DNA of 40,358 nucleotides from positions 1 through 40,358 of the forward strand of contig JBDHHX010000002.1 of NCBI GenBank assembly GCA_039589155.1. The letters are read 5' to 3'. Under the pieces are notes generated by a model. That model worked only from the letters and a program-made list of their open reading frames with translations, did not search any database and was not told the DNA's origin. Positions 9,349-17,986 of this stretch are shown here, one piece after another. The position numbers and the translations under genes were made by a program. Within the stretch, counting starts at the first letter, position 1. Each line of letters starts with the position of its first letter. This stretch comes from Gemmatimonadota bacterium. GTDB taxonomy: Bacteria; Gemmatimonadota; Gemmatimonadetes; Palauibacterales; KS3-K002.

Positions 9349-9837
9349 ATGGAGCAAGGCGAGAAGAAATTTAAGGAGGGCATAGCCTACGGGCTGTGGG
9401 CGGGCTGGTTGTTTGGCTTCGCCGGCCTCCACCGCCTGTATCTGGGCAAATGGGGCACGGGCTTTCTGTGGCTCTTCACCTGGGGGCTGTTCGGTGTGGG
9501 CCAGGTCGTCGACCTGATCACCCTGCGTCGCCAGGTGGAAGAGGCTAACCTGCTGGACGAGGTCCGGGCGATGAAGTCCAGCGGCAGCCACGGGAGACCG
9601 ACGCCCGAGCAGATGCTGCTTCGAGCCGCCATGAAAGAGGGCGGCAAGCTCACCGTCACCCAGGCCGCCATGATCACCGGGTTCTCCTTCGCCGAGGCTG
9701 AGGAGCTGCTGCGCGAGATGTGCAGGAGCGGCTATGTCGACGTGGGGAACGAGCCGGAGAGCGGCGTCATCGTCTACTATTTCCCGGAACTCAGAGGCCG
9801 GCGCCAACTCGGAGAGACCGACGCCCCCTACGGTTGA
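9349..9837 (+). CDS. TM2 domain-containing membrane protein with C-terminal winged-helix-like domain
   Basis: It shows the TM2 signature of two helices with a conserved motif (AYGLWAGWLFGFAGLHRLYLGKWGTGFLWLFTWGLFGVGQVVDLI). The soluble C-terminal part is about 80 aa. Confidence 0.75.
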   Translation: MEQGEKKFKEGIAYGLWAGWLFGFAGLHRLYLGKWGTGFLWLFTWGLFGVGQVVDLITLRRQVEEANLLDEVRAMKSSGSHGRPTPEQMLLRAAMKEGGKLTVTQAAMITGFSFAEAEELLREMCRSGYVDVGNEPESGVIVYYFPELRGRRQLGETDAPYG

Positions 9838-9853
9838 TGTTGGTAATGGGAAA

Positions 9854-10012
9854 TCGGAGTTAAGGATTCCGGATTGTAGAAGGCGATTCGGGGACTCGGG
9901 GATTCGGGGCGGTAGGGAACGGGGGAAGGGCGGCGGCCCTTCCCCCATTCGTTTTTGCCTAAATCCCTCAACCGCCGAACCGCGCTCTGAAATCCGGGAT
10001 CTGTAACTCCGA
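9854..10012. repeat. Long imperfect palindrome (TCGGGGA words) centred on a terminator hairpin, between convergent genes
   Basis: tcggagtta (9854-9862) pairs with taactccga (10004-10012). The symmetry centre near 9933 coincides with the centre of the perfect hairpin at 9921-9946. The arms contain gattcggggactcggggattcgggg and degenerate complements. Confidence 0.8.
9921..9957 (+). terminator. Rho-independent terminator downstream of the TM2 gene
   Basis: gggggaagggc (9921-9931) and gcccttccccc (9936-9946) form a perfect 11-bp GC-rich stem with a GGCG loop. The hairpin is followed by attcGTTTTTg. Confidence 0.8.
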
Positions 10013-10045
10013 GCTGCAATCCCAGATCCCGAACTCGGGAATTCC

Positions 10046-11800
10046 CTAATCCCGCTTCCCAAGAACAGCAGTCAGTTCGACGACTTCCCCTTCTCGTTTC
10101 ACCTTGATCTGCACCGTGTCTCCCGGCGCATGATCCCGTAGCGCGTAGGTATAGTCGTAAATGTTCACGACTTCCTTGCCGGCGAACTCGACCACCACGT
10201 CGCCGCCCTGCAGGCCCGCCGCTTCCGCCGGGCTACCGGCGCGCACGCCCGACAGCCGCAGGCCGCCGCCCTCGACCTCGCCGAAGTCCGGGATCGTTCC
10301 CAGGTAGGGGCCGTAGCCACCGCCGCCGCTGACCTGCGGCCGCTGCCGCTCGATCAACGTCAGCTCGCCGGGCCAGTTCGCCAGGTCGCTGATCAGGATG
10401 GCTGAGAAATCCGCGACCTGGGCCATACCCTCGGCGTTGATCAGCTCCCAATCGTCGTCTGGCCGGTGGTACTGCGTATGTGTACCGGTGAACATGTGGA
10501 GAACGGGGATCTTCTTGGCGTAAAACGAGGTCTGGTCGCTGGGCCCGTATCCGTCACCGACATAGCTGAGAGTCAGCGCGTCGTCATTCGCATCCAGCGT
10601 ATCGAGCAGCGTCTCGAACTCCTCAGCCGACTCGGTTCCGAACACCTGCATGTCCCCGTCGTCCTTCAGGCGGCCCACCATGTCGAAGTTCACCATGGCC
10701 GTCACCTGGTCGAGAGAGAACGGCGGGTTGTTGACGAAGTAGTCGGAGCCCAGGAGGCCCATCTCTTCGGCGCTGAAGGCGACGAAGACCAGGCTGCGCG
10801 CCGGGCGGGCGTCCGGTTGGGTGGCGAAGTACTCGGCCAGGCCCAACAGCACGGCGGTTCCCGAGCCGTTGTCGTCTGCGCCGTTGTGCGGGCTCACATC
10901 GTCGGGCGCCAACGAGCCGGGCCCGCCCATCCCCAGGTGGTCGTAGTGAGCGCCGACGACGACGATTTCGTCGGCCCGCGCGGGGTCGGAGCCCTCGAGC
11001 TTACCGACCACGTTGTGCGCCGTCACCTTCAGCGGCTCGACCTTGGCGTCCAGGGTGATTTTCAGCTCCTCATCGCTCAGCAGTTCCAGGATCTCAACGC
11101 TCTCGAGGATCTGGATCGCGGGGATCCCAACCGAGTGAGGCGGATCGCCGGCCTGCGGCAGGCGGAGCCTCTCCACCACTATGAAGACCGCCTCGGCGCC
11201 TTGCTCCCTGGCGGTCGTCACCTTACGACGGGGGCTTGGGTCGACGCCTGACCCGTGGGGATCGAAATCGTCCGGCGTGCCGCCCTGCAGCATGACGAGG
11301 GTGGGCGACTCGATGTCGGCGTAGGCGTCCGCGCTCAGGCCATAGCCACCACTGAACGGGCCGCCGCTCGCTGCACCGGCGCCGGAGAAGTTGAACGGCA
11401 TCCACTCCGTACCCAGCTCCAGCTCGCGTGTACCGCCCGACGTCTCTAGGACCAGGCGGCTATCGGTCGCCACCGTGATGGTTGTCGTGATCTCGAACGA
11501 TTGCAGATACATGTTCGTACTGCCCAGCGGTTCGAGCCCGTACGAGTCGAAGAACGTCGCGATGTAGGCAGCGGCGCTGTCGGCTCCCGGCTCGCCCGCC
11601 TCGCGGCCGGCCAGCTCGTCGCTGGCCAGGTACCTTACGTGGCCCAGCAGAACTTCGGGATCGATCGACTGAGAAAGCGCCAGCGTCGGCGCTGTGAGGA
11701 CGCACATCGCGCTCAGGGCCAGCCAGCGGGCCGCCCGGACGCGGAAAGGTCGCTCCCGGTTGCGCGGGTCGCGCGCAACTGTATGGATTGAGATCGTCAT
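10046..11800 (-). CDS. M28 family metallopeptidase with PA domain and C-terminal PDZ domain, secreted
   Basis: It has a signal peptide (RWLALSAMCVLTAPTLALSQS). The M28 metal ligands are present (HYDHLG, GADDNGSG, EEMGLLGS, NFDMVG, YHRPDD). A PDZ-like domain lies at the C-terminus (GLRLSGVRAGSPAEAAGLQGGDVVV). Confidence 0.9.
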   Translation of the reverse strand: MTISIHTVARDPRNRERPFRVRAARWLALSAMCVLTAPTLALSQSIDPEVLLGHVRYLASDELAGREAGEPGADSAAAYIATFFDSYGLEPLGSTNMYLQSFEITTTITVATDSRLVLETSGGTRELELGTEWMPFNFSGAGAASGGPFSGGYGLSADAYADIESPTLVMLQGGTPDDFDPHGSGVDPSPRRKVTTAREQGAEAVFIVVERLRLPQAGDPPHSVGIPAIQILESVEILELLSDEELKITLDAKVEPLKVTAHNVVGKLEGSDPARADEIVVVGAHYDHLGMGGPGSLAPDDVSPHNGADDNGSGTAVLLGLAEYFATQPDARPARSLVFVAFSAEEMGLLGSDYFVNNPPFSLDQVTAMVNFDMVGRLKDDGDMQVFGTESAEEFETLLDTLDANDDALTLSYVGDGYGPSDQTSFYAKKIPVLHMFTGTHTQYHRPDDDWELINAEGMAQVADFSAILISDLANWPGELTLIERQRPQVSGGGGYGPYLGTIPDFGEVEGGGLRLSGVRAGSPAEAAGLQGGDVVVEFAGKEVVNIYDYTYALRDHAPGDTVQIKVKREGEVVELTAVLGKRD

Positions 11801-11864
11801 GGCGACCCAAGTCTATCCGGGGAGCGGCTGGAATTCAACGGACGGAGCATTTGAGCGCGAAGTG

Positions 11865-12755
11865 ATGGCGACGGGAGAGAGCGTGGGCGGAGCGTGGCCC
11901 CAGGAGCGGCACTACGTGGCGGAAGGGCCGGGCGGCCCCCTGTTTGTACGCGAGCTGGGGGAAGGTCCTCCGCTTGTGGTTCTTCACGGCGGACCGGGCG
12001 CCCACCACGACTATCTGCTGCCCCACTTCGCGCCGTTGGCCGAGGAGCGCCGACTCTATTTCTACGACCAGCGCGGCGGCGGCCGCTCCCGGGTGGTGCG
12101 GCCCTCGGCCGTCGGCTGGCGCGACCACGTGGCCGATCTCGAGGCGCTCCGCCGGCTGTGGGGTCTCGATGGCTTGACCCTGCTTGGCTACTCGTGGGGT
12201 GGCCTGCTGGCGCTGCTCTACGCCGTCGAGCGGGCCGCAGATAGCGAGTCGGTGAAGGCGATGGTGCTCGTGGCGCCCGCCGCCGGCTGGGGCGACTACC
12301 ATCGACGGTTCCGAGCGGAATTCGCCCGGCGATCAGTCTCCGACGAGGTGAAACGAATGCGGGCGCAGCTCGAGGCGTCCGGGCTCGCAGATGACGATCC
12401 CGAAGCGTATCGGCAGCGCCGCTTCGACTTGAGCGTGGCCGGGTACTTCCGCGACCCCCGGGATGCCATCGACTCGACACCGTTCGTCGTCCAGGCGCAG
12501 GCCCAGCAGGCAACCTGGCTGAGCCTGAAGGACCACGGCCCTGAGCTCAAGCGCGGCGTCGAAAAGCTCGAGACGCCGGCGCTCATAATTCACGGGCGCC
12601 ACGACCCGATCCCGCTCGAGTGGGCCGAGGAACTGGTCGCCGCCATGCCCGCTGCCCGTCTTGTGGTCCTCGAGAACAGCGGGCACGTTCCGCACGTTGA
12701 GCAAGTGGATCGCACTTTGGCAGAGATACGCCGGTTCCTGAAGGAGCGTACATGA
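11865..12755 (+). CDS. Alpha/beta hydrolase, S33 proline-iminopeptidase-like
   Basis: It has the HGGPG oxyanion motif, a GYSWGG nucleophile elbow and a C-terminal GH (NSGHVPHVE). I preferred the start at ATG 11865 because its distance to HGGPG matches the family. The alternative ATG at 11799 would overlap the divergent M28 start codon within tCATGg. Confidence 0.8.
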   Translation: MATGESVGGAWPQERHYVAEGPGGPLFVRELGEGPPLVVLHGGPGAHHDYLLPHFAPLAEERRLYFYDQRGGGRSRVVRPSAVGWRDHVADLEALRRLWGLDGLTLLGYSWGGLLALLYAVERAADSESVKAMVLVAPAAGWGDYHRRFRAEFARRSVSDEVKRMRAQLEASGLADDDPEAYRQRRFDLSVAGYFRDPRDAIDSTPFVVQAQAQQATWLSLKDHGPELKRGVEKLETPALIIHGRHDPIPLEWAEELVAAMPAARLVVLENSGHVPHVEQVDRTLAEIRRFLKERT

Positions 12756-13594
12756 CACGCCGCTACCACATGGAAACGCAGGAGCTGGCCGCGGCGGAGG
12801 CCGCCGGTCCGGACCGGGCGCCTCCCACGCCGAGGCCGGCCGCGGGAGTCATCCTCGCTCGGGACTCGGACGAAGGACCTGAAGTGCTGCTTGTGCGGCG
12901 CCGCGCTGACGTCGGCTTCGCCGCCGGCGCCTACGTGTTTCCCGGCGGCACACTCGATGCCGCCGATGCCGATTCCGCTTGGGACGACTGGCTGGTACCG
13001 CCAGCAGCTGATGCCGTGACCGGCGCCGGTGATTCGGAAGGGCCCTCCGCACGCGTCTTCGTCATCGCTGCGCTGCGCGAGCTGTTCGAGGAGACCGGTG
13101 TACTGCTGGCCGAAGGCGCGGAGCCCGGCCGCGACCGTTTGGGGGCCGCCCGGGACGAACTGGTGGCCGGACGCAAATTGTTCATCGACATCGTGTCGGG
13201 ACTGGGCGTGCGGTTGGCCGGCGATCGCCTGGTGCTCGGCGCTCGCTGGATCACACCGGAGTCGCTTTCGCGCCGTTACGATGCACGCTTCTTCCTGGCG
13301 GAGGCGCCGCCAGACGTCGAGGTTAGCGCCGAGTTGGGCGAACTTGTCGAACACGTTTGGATCGCGCCCGGCGCAGCGCTCGAGCGCTACTTCGATTACG
13401 ACTTCCGCATGCTGTTTCCGACAGCCCGTACCCTCGGCTGGCTGGAAGAGGGCGGCAGCGTCGCCGAGTGGCGCGACCGATTCCTACGCACCGAGATGTC
13501 GCCGATCCTGCCGCGACTTCGCCGCATCGAAGGCGAAGTCGTTCCACTCATGCCCGGCGAGCCGGGCTACGACGAGCGCGACGGCGATGGCTGA
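12752..13594 (+). CDS. NUDIX hydrolase
   Basis: An ATGA start/stop overlap couples it to the upstream hydrolase. It has a NUDIX box (GGTLD...ALRELFEETGVLL). Confidence 0.8.
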   Translation: MTRRYHMETQELAAAEAAGPDRAPPTPRPAAGVILARDSDEGPEVLLVRRRADVGFAAGAYVFPGGTLDAADADSAWDDWLVPPAADAVTGAGDSEGPSARVFVIAALRELFEETGVLLAEGAEPGRDRLGAARDELVAGRKLFIDIVSGLGVRLAGDRLVLGARWITPESLSRRYDARFFLAEAPPDVEVSAELGELVEHVWIAPGAALERYFDYDFRMLFPTARTLGWLEEGGSVAEWRDRFLRTEMSPILPRLRRIEGEVVPLMPGEPGYDERDGDG

Positions 13595-14405
13595 GGGACG
13601 TCGCTGGCTGAAGACGGTGGTCGCTGCCAACCCGGGGCCGTTGACCCTGGACGGAACGCGTAGCTTCGTGCTGGGCATCGATCCCTGCGTCGTCATCGAT
13701 CCCGGGCCTGCCCTCGCCGACCACCTCGATGCCATCGAGGTGAACCTGGGCGATCTGGAAGTCGCGGCGATCTGCATCACTCACTACCACCCCGATCACG
13801 CGGCCGGCGCCGCCGAGCTGGCTCTGCGGCTGGCAGCGCCATTGGCCGCCACGCCCGAATCGGCTCAGCTGGCAGAGCTGGAGCCGCCGGAGATTCCCCT
13901 GTCGCCGGGTTCGACCGTGGGCTTCGGCGGCGGCCGGTTGGAGGTCGTGGCGACACCGGGACACTGCGCCGATCACGTCTGCTACTACTGGCCGGAAGCG
14001 AAGGCGCTGTTCGCCGGCGATGTGATACTCGGTGAGGGCACTTCGATGATCGCGCCGCCGGAAGGTGACATGGCGGCTTACATGAAGACGCTGGACCGTT
14101 TGGTCGGTCTCGATTTGGACGTGATCTATCCGGGGCATGGGCCGCCCATAGACCAGCCGGCCGAGAAGCTGGAGGAGTACGTGCAGCACCGCCTCGAGCG
14201 GGAGCGACAGGTGCTCGGTGCGCTCGCCGCCGGCGCAGCAACACCTCCCGAGATCAGGGCCATGGTTTATGAAGAGCTGGACCCTCGGCTTTACTGGGCC
14301 GCGGAAGGCTCGGTGCTAGCGCACCTGCAGAAGTTGGTGGACGAAGGAAGAGCCCGTTTGATCGGGCGGGAATTGTTCAGTCACATTAGTGGAATCGGGG
14401 AGTAG
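13587..14405 (+). CDS. MBL-fold metallo-hydrolase (glyoxalase II-like) with C-terminal winged-helix
   Basis: It has the HxHxDH motif (ITHYHPDHAAG), plus TPGH and GHG. I chose the in-frame ATG at 13587 (MAEGRRWLKTVVAANPGPLTLDG), which overlaps the NUDIX stop by 8 nt. The upstream part of ORF 13029.. lies out of frame within the NUDIX gene. Confidence 0.85.
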   Translation: MAEGRRWLKTVVAANPGPLTLDGTRSFVLGIDPCVVIDPGPALADHLDAIEVNLGDLEVAAICITHYHPDHAAGAAELALRLAAPLAATPESAQLAELEPPEIPLSPGSTVGFGGGRLEVVATPGHCADHVCYYWPEAKALFAGDVILGEGTSMIAPPEGDMAAYMKTLDRLVGLDLDVIYPGHGPPIDQPAEKLEEYVQHRLERERQVLGALAAGAATPPEIRAMVYEELDPRLYWAAEGSVLAHLQKLVDEGRARLIGRELFSHISGIGE

Positions 14406-14415
14406 TTCCACTAAT
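14385..14415 (+). other. Perfect 10-bp hairpin straddling the MBL stop codon (possible operon-end structure, no U-tract)
   Basis: attagtggaa (14385-14394) pairs with ttccactaat (14406-14415). The 11-nt loop tcggggagtag contains the TAG stop. Confidence 0.5.
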
Positions 14416-14488
14416 CTGATTCCAGACTTCCCAACTGTTCCGCACCATCTACCGTCTGCTGCCCACTTATGCTAGACTCCCGCTTCCC

Positions 14489-15724
14489 TTGGAACGGAGG
14501 CGACGGTTGTCCCGGCTGACGATCATCTTCCTGACCATCTTCATTGATCTCATCGGGTTCGGGATCGTCCTGCCCCTACTGCCGTTCTACGCCCAGGACC
14601 TCGGGGCGACGCCGTTCGTCATCGGCCTCATCGTCGGTATTCACCCGGGGATGCAGTTCTTGTTCGGTCCGATCTGGGGTCGCCTTTCCGATCGGATCGG
14701 CCGTCGCCCGATCCTGCTGCTCGGGCTCTTGGGATCGGCGGCATCGTACCTGATCTTCGCATTCGCTACCGACCTCTGGTGGCTGTTCGCCTCCCGCATG
14801 ATGGCCGGGATCGCCGGCGCTAACATCCCCGTCGCCCAGGCCTACATCGCCGACTCGACTGACGTGGAGAACCGCACCCGCGGGATGGGTCTTGTGGGTG
14901 CCGCCTTCGGTCTTGGCTTCATCGCCGGGCCGGCCATCGGCGGCACGCTGGTGAAGTTCGGCTACGCTATGCCCGGTTTCTTCGCCGCCGCCCTTTCCTT
15001 CGCCAACGCCGTCGCCGCCTACTTCTACCTCCCGGAATCGCTTAGCGGCGAGGTCCGGGCCCGATCCGTCGCACGAAAGGCCGAGGGACTGCTGGGGAGG
15101 ATGAGAGAGACCGTCAGGTTGGCCCGGCAGCCGACGATCCGGACGCTGATGTGGATCTACGTCATCGCCACCTTCGTCTTCGCCGTCTTCACCACGATCT
15201 TCCCGCTCTGGCTCGGCGTCGAGCTCGCCTACGACGCCCAGCACGCCGGATACCTGATGGCCTACTTGGGATTGCTCATGGCGATCGTGCAGGGGCGCAT
15301 GATCGGACCGCTTGCCCGCTACTTCAGCGAGCGGCGTCTGCTGGTCTTCGGCACGTCGATTCTGGTGGGCGCCTACTTCTTCCTGCCGCTGGCCCCAGGG
15401 CTACTGATGATTTGTATCGTGATGGTGCCCATAGCACTGGGGTCGGGTATCAACTGGCCGACTCTGACCAGCCTGTTGTCGCAGTACACGGATGAGGGCC
15501 GCCAGGGCACGGTGCTCGGTGTCATGCAGTCGTTGTCGGCTCTCGCGCGCTTGCTCGGCGCCGCTTGGGCGGGCTGGGTCTTCGGAACCTTTACGCCAGC
15601 GACGCCGTTCGTTTGGAACTCGATCCTGATGAGTCTTGCGGCGGCCTTCGCCATAGTGTTTATGATTAAGGCGCCAACACGACTGGCAGCCGGTGCGGGA
15701 CAGACCGCTGGCGGCTCGGATTGA
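14489..15724 (+). CDS. MFS transporter (DHA1/tetracycline-efflux-like)
   Basis: It uses a TTG start and has about 12 hydrophobic segments. The MFS motif A is present (GRLSDRIGRRPILL). Confidence 0.85.
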   Translation: MERRRRLSRLTIIFLTIFIDLIGFGIVLPLLPFYAQDLGATPFVIGLIVGIHPGMQFLFGPIWGRLSDRIGRRPILLLGLLGSAASYLIFAFATDLWWLFASRMMAGIAGANIPVAQAYIADSTDVENRTRGMGLVGAAFGLGFIAGPAIGGTLVKFGYAMPGFFAAALSFANAVAAYFYLPESLSGEVRARSVARKAEGLLGRMRETVRLARQPTIRTLMWIYVIATFVFAVFTTIFPLWLGVELAYDAQHAGYLMAYLGLLMAIVQGRMIGPLARYFSERRLLVFGTSILVGAYFFLPLAPGLLMICIVMVPIALGSGINWPTLTSLLSQYTDEGRQGTVLGVMQSLSALARLLGAAWAGWVFGTFTPATPFVWNSILMSLAAAFAIVFMIKAPTRLAAGAGQTAGGSD

Positions 15725-15904
15725 ACATTGAACATTGGACATCCGACATTGAACGTTGAGTCACTGCTGAGCGATGGAACGTTGGACATCGCACATCTGA
15801 CTTTGAACACGAGAGGATGTTCGATGTTCGATGTTCGATGTCCGATCCTCGAAGTTCGGCAGTGATCTCGATGTTCAATGTCGGATGTCCAATGTTCAAT
15901 GTTC
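15723..15904. repeat. 182-bp palindrome built from GAACATT/GGACATC/CGACATT words, with perfect 32-bp terminal arms
   Basis: 15723-15754 gaacattgaacattggacatccgacattgaac is the exact reverse complement of 15873-15904. The inner arms continue imperfectly (gagtcactgc / gcagtgatctc). The centre carries gatgttc x3. The left arm overlaps the MFS TGA stop. Confidence 0.95.
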
Positions 15905-15930
15905 GACTAGACAATAACAGAGCAAGGTGA

Positions 15931-17406
15931 ATGATGCCTCAGCCGCTACCCAGGACGCTTGGAGAGCTGAAGAAGTCCGGCTACTGTCCGCGTTCCGTGA
16001 AGGAGGAGATGCGGACCAACCTCATCGGAAAGCTCGAGGCCGGCGACGAGCTGTTCCCTGGCATTCTCGGTTACGAGGATTCCGTCGTGCCGCAATTGGT
16101 GAACGCCGTGCTGGCGCGTCACAACTTCATCCTGCTCGGGCTTCGCGGACAGGCGAAGAGCCGAATCCTGCGAGACCTGGTTCAGTTCCTGGATGAGACG
16201 ATCCCGATCATCGCCGGTTCGGAGGTGAATGACGACCCGTTCCACCCAATCAGCAAGCACGGGCGACTCACGGTGGAGGAGAATGGCGACGACACACCGC
16301 TCGACTGGGTGCCACGTGAGCAGCGATACGTAGAGAAACTGGCCACGCCGGACGTGACCATCGCCGACATAATCGGCGACCTCGATCCGATCCGCGCCGC
16401 GCGCGGCGGCCACGTCCTCTCTGACGAGCTGACCATCCACTACGGATTACTGCCTCGGGCGAACCGCGGGATCTTCGCCGTGAACGAGCTGCCTGACCTT
16501 GCGGGCAAGATCCAGGTCGGCCTCTTCAACATCATGCAGGAGGGCGACGTCCAGATTAAGGGCTATCCCATCCGGCTTGCCCTCGACGCGCTCCTGGTAT
16601 TCACCGCCAACCCGGAGGACTACACGGCCCGCGGCAAGATCATCACTCCGCTCAAGGACCGGATCGGCGCCGAGATCATGACCCACTACCCGGAGGAGCT
16701 CGAATACGGGATCCAGATCACCGAGCAGGAGGCGTGGATCGAACGCAGCGAGCGACCCATCCAGGTCCCGCGGATGATCAAGGAGATCGTCGAGCGCGTC
16801 GCCTTCGAGGCCCGGGAAGATCAGCGGGTCGACCGTCGCTCAGGCGTCTCGCAGCGCCTGCCCATCTCGGTTATGGAGAGCGTCGTCTCCAACGCCGAGC
16901 GCCGGGCGATCGCCAACGGCGAGGCGCTGGTCGTGCCCTGGGTATCTGACATCTACGCATCACTTCCAGCCATCACAGGCAAGCTCGAGCTCGAGTACGA
17001 GGGCGAGCTGGAAGGCGGCGGAAAGATCGCCCGCGACTTGATCTCCAGAGCCGCAGGCGCCACGTTCGACGAGTATTTCGTCGAAGAAGACGCGATGCCC
17101 GTCGTCGAGTACTTCGACACGGGTGGCGCGCTCCAGGTCGCCGAGCTCTCCAGCGCCGAGGCTTGTCTCAAGGGTTTTGGCACCGTGCCCGGGCTGGTCG
17201 AACTCGCCAAGACTGCCGCGCCCGCCGAGCCCGGTATCGACGACAGCTCCGGTCTCGTCGTCGCCAGCGAGGTCGTCCTCGAGGGCTTGGTCGCCAAGCG
17301 GAAGATCAGCCGCAGCGAGGCCGGCAGCTATTCGCGCGGCAGAGATCGCCCGCGGCCCTCGCAGGGCGGTGGGCCGGGAGGCTCCAATTGGCCACACGAG
17401 ATATAA
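15931..17406 (+). CDS. ChlI/MoxR-like AAA+ ATPase (Mg-chelatase subunit-I-like family, often annotated sigma-54-interaction-domain protein)
   Basis: An AAGGTGA Shine-Dalgarno sequence lies upstream. It has a Walker A-like motif (LLGLRGQAKS), a Walker B region (GIFAVNELPDL) and an N-terminal PRTLGELKKSGY..SVKEEMR motif that I recall from this family. Confidence 0.75.
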   Translation: MMPQPLPRTLGELKKSGYCPRSVKEEMRTNLIGKLEAGDELFPGILGYEDSVVPQLVNAVLARHNFILLGLRGQAKSRILRDLVQFLDETIPIIAGSEVNDDPFHPISKHGRLTVEENGDDTPLDWVPREQRYVEKLATPDVTIADIIGDLDPIRAARGGHVLSDELTIHYGLLPRANRGIFAVNELPDLAGKIQVGLFNIMQEGDVQIKGYPIRLALDALLVFTANPEDYTARGKIITPLKDRIGAEIMTHYPEELEYGIQITEQEAWIERSERPIQVPRMIKEIVERVAFEAREDQRVDRRSGVSQRLPISVMESVVSNAERRAIANGEALVVPWVSDIYASLPAITGKLELEYEGELEGGGKIARDLISRAAGATFDEYFVEEDAMPVVEYFDTGGALQVAELSSAEACLKGFGTVPGLVELAKTAAPAEPGIDDSSGLVVASEVVLEGLVAKRKISRSEAGSYSRGRDRPRPSQGGGPGGSNWPHEI

Positions 17407-17777
17407 CGGTTCACCACCACCACCTTTCGGCGGGCCGCCATCTCTACCCGGGCCTCATCGTCGCACGCTTCCTCCACACCTTCGAGGACTACGTCGGCGG
17501 CTACAAGGACCTCTCGCCCCTCTCCTCCCTGCCGCCCGAGTTCTTCGTCCTCTTCCACCTGGCGATTCTGATCCTGCTGGCTGCGGCGACCCCGTCCGTC
17601 GCCGCCGGCCGCCGCTGGGCCCTCCGCCTGGCCAAGGCCTGGGCCATTCTCGAGATCCTCAACGGGACCAGCCACATCATGATCGCCCTCCTCGAGTGGA
17701 GCTATTACCCCGGCCTCTGGACTTCGCCCCTGCTCGTACTCTTCGGCGCGACGCTCGGTCGCAGCGTGCGCCGCTGA
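17388..17777 (+). CDS. Small integral membrane protein, HXXEE-domain-like (hypothetical)
   Basis: It has an HTFED motif followed by 3-4 hydrophobic helices (FFVLFHLAILILLAAA, AWAILEILNGTSHIMIALL, LWTSPLLVLFGATL). The start is uncertain. I proposed TTG at 17388, which overlaps the AAA+ gene end, because the longer ORF from 17163 lies out of frame inside the AAA+ gene. Confidence 0.45.
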   Translation: MATRDITVHHHHLSAGRHLYPGLIVARFLHTFEDYVGGYKDLSPLSSLPPEFFVLFHLAILILLAAATPSVAAGRRWALRLAKAWAILEILNGTSHIMIALLEWSYYPGLWTSPLLVLFGATLGRSVRR

Positions 17778-17884
17778 CACTTCCACGGCCGTAACTCGTT
17801 GTCTGACAACAACGTGACACAGTTCGTGCGGCCTGGTCTTCTGGGACCGGGCGGGGGCCAGGTGGCCCCTCGCTCCATGTCGTG

Positions 17885-17986
17885 GGTCGGGGCCGGGGGG
17901 ACCGCTCGCTCCGGCCTCCCCGGCGCTCAGCTGCGCGGAGCGCCGGGTCGCTAAAACCAGCTCCGCTCGGCGGTCCCCCCGACCCC
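17885..17986 (+). repeat. GC-rich nested-hairpin repeat, copy A of element E1
   Basis: It is nearly identical to 39566-39667. The outer stem is cggggccggggggaccgc / gcggtccccccgaccccg with one mismatch. The inner 10-bp stem is cccggcgctc / gagcgccggg around a 9-nt loop. Confidence 0.85.

Noticed and set aside
11694-11864. An upstream extension of the alpha/beta-hydrolase ORF, and the apparent start-codon overlap with the divergent M28 gene at tCATGg (11798-11801).
   Set aside because: The extension overlaps the M28 N-terminus on the other strand and has no family similarity. The Met at 11865 gives the family-typical spacing to HGGPG and leaves a 64-bp divergent intergenic region.
1-12755. 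The high density of peptidase genes (S1, S9, M48, M28, S33) as a dedicated proteolytic system.
   Set aside because: The genes are on both strands and in separate transcription units, with unrelated neighbours such as DinB, the PLP enzyme and the TM2 protein. Nothing indicates functional linkage beyond co-location.
13029-13586. A 186-codon N-terminal extension of the MBL hydrolase ORF.
   Set aside because: It lies out of frame inside the well-supported NUDIX gene and is Arg/Ser/Pro/Cys/Trp-rich. MBL homology starts at the Met at 13587.
15816-15840. Short tandem repeats (gatgttc x3 here; tcggggat-type words at 9100-9120 and 9885-9910) as a possible CRISPR array or minisatellite.
   Set aside because: The units are only 7-8 nt, with no unique spacers and no cas genes. 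They are the arm components of the palindromes described above.
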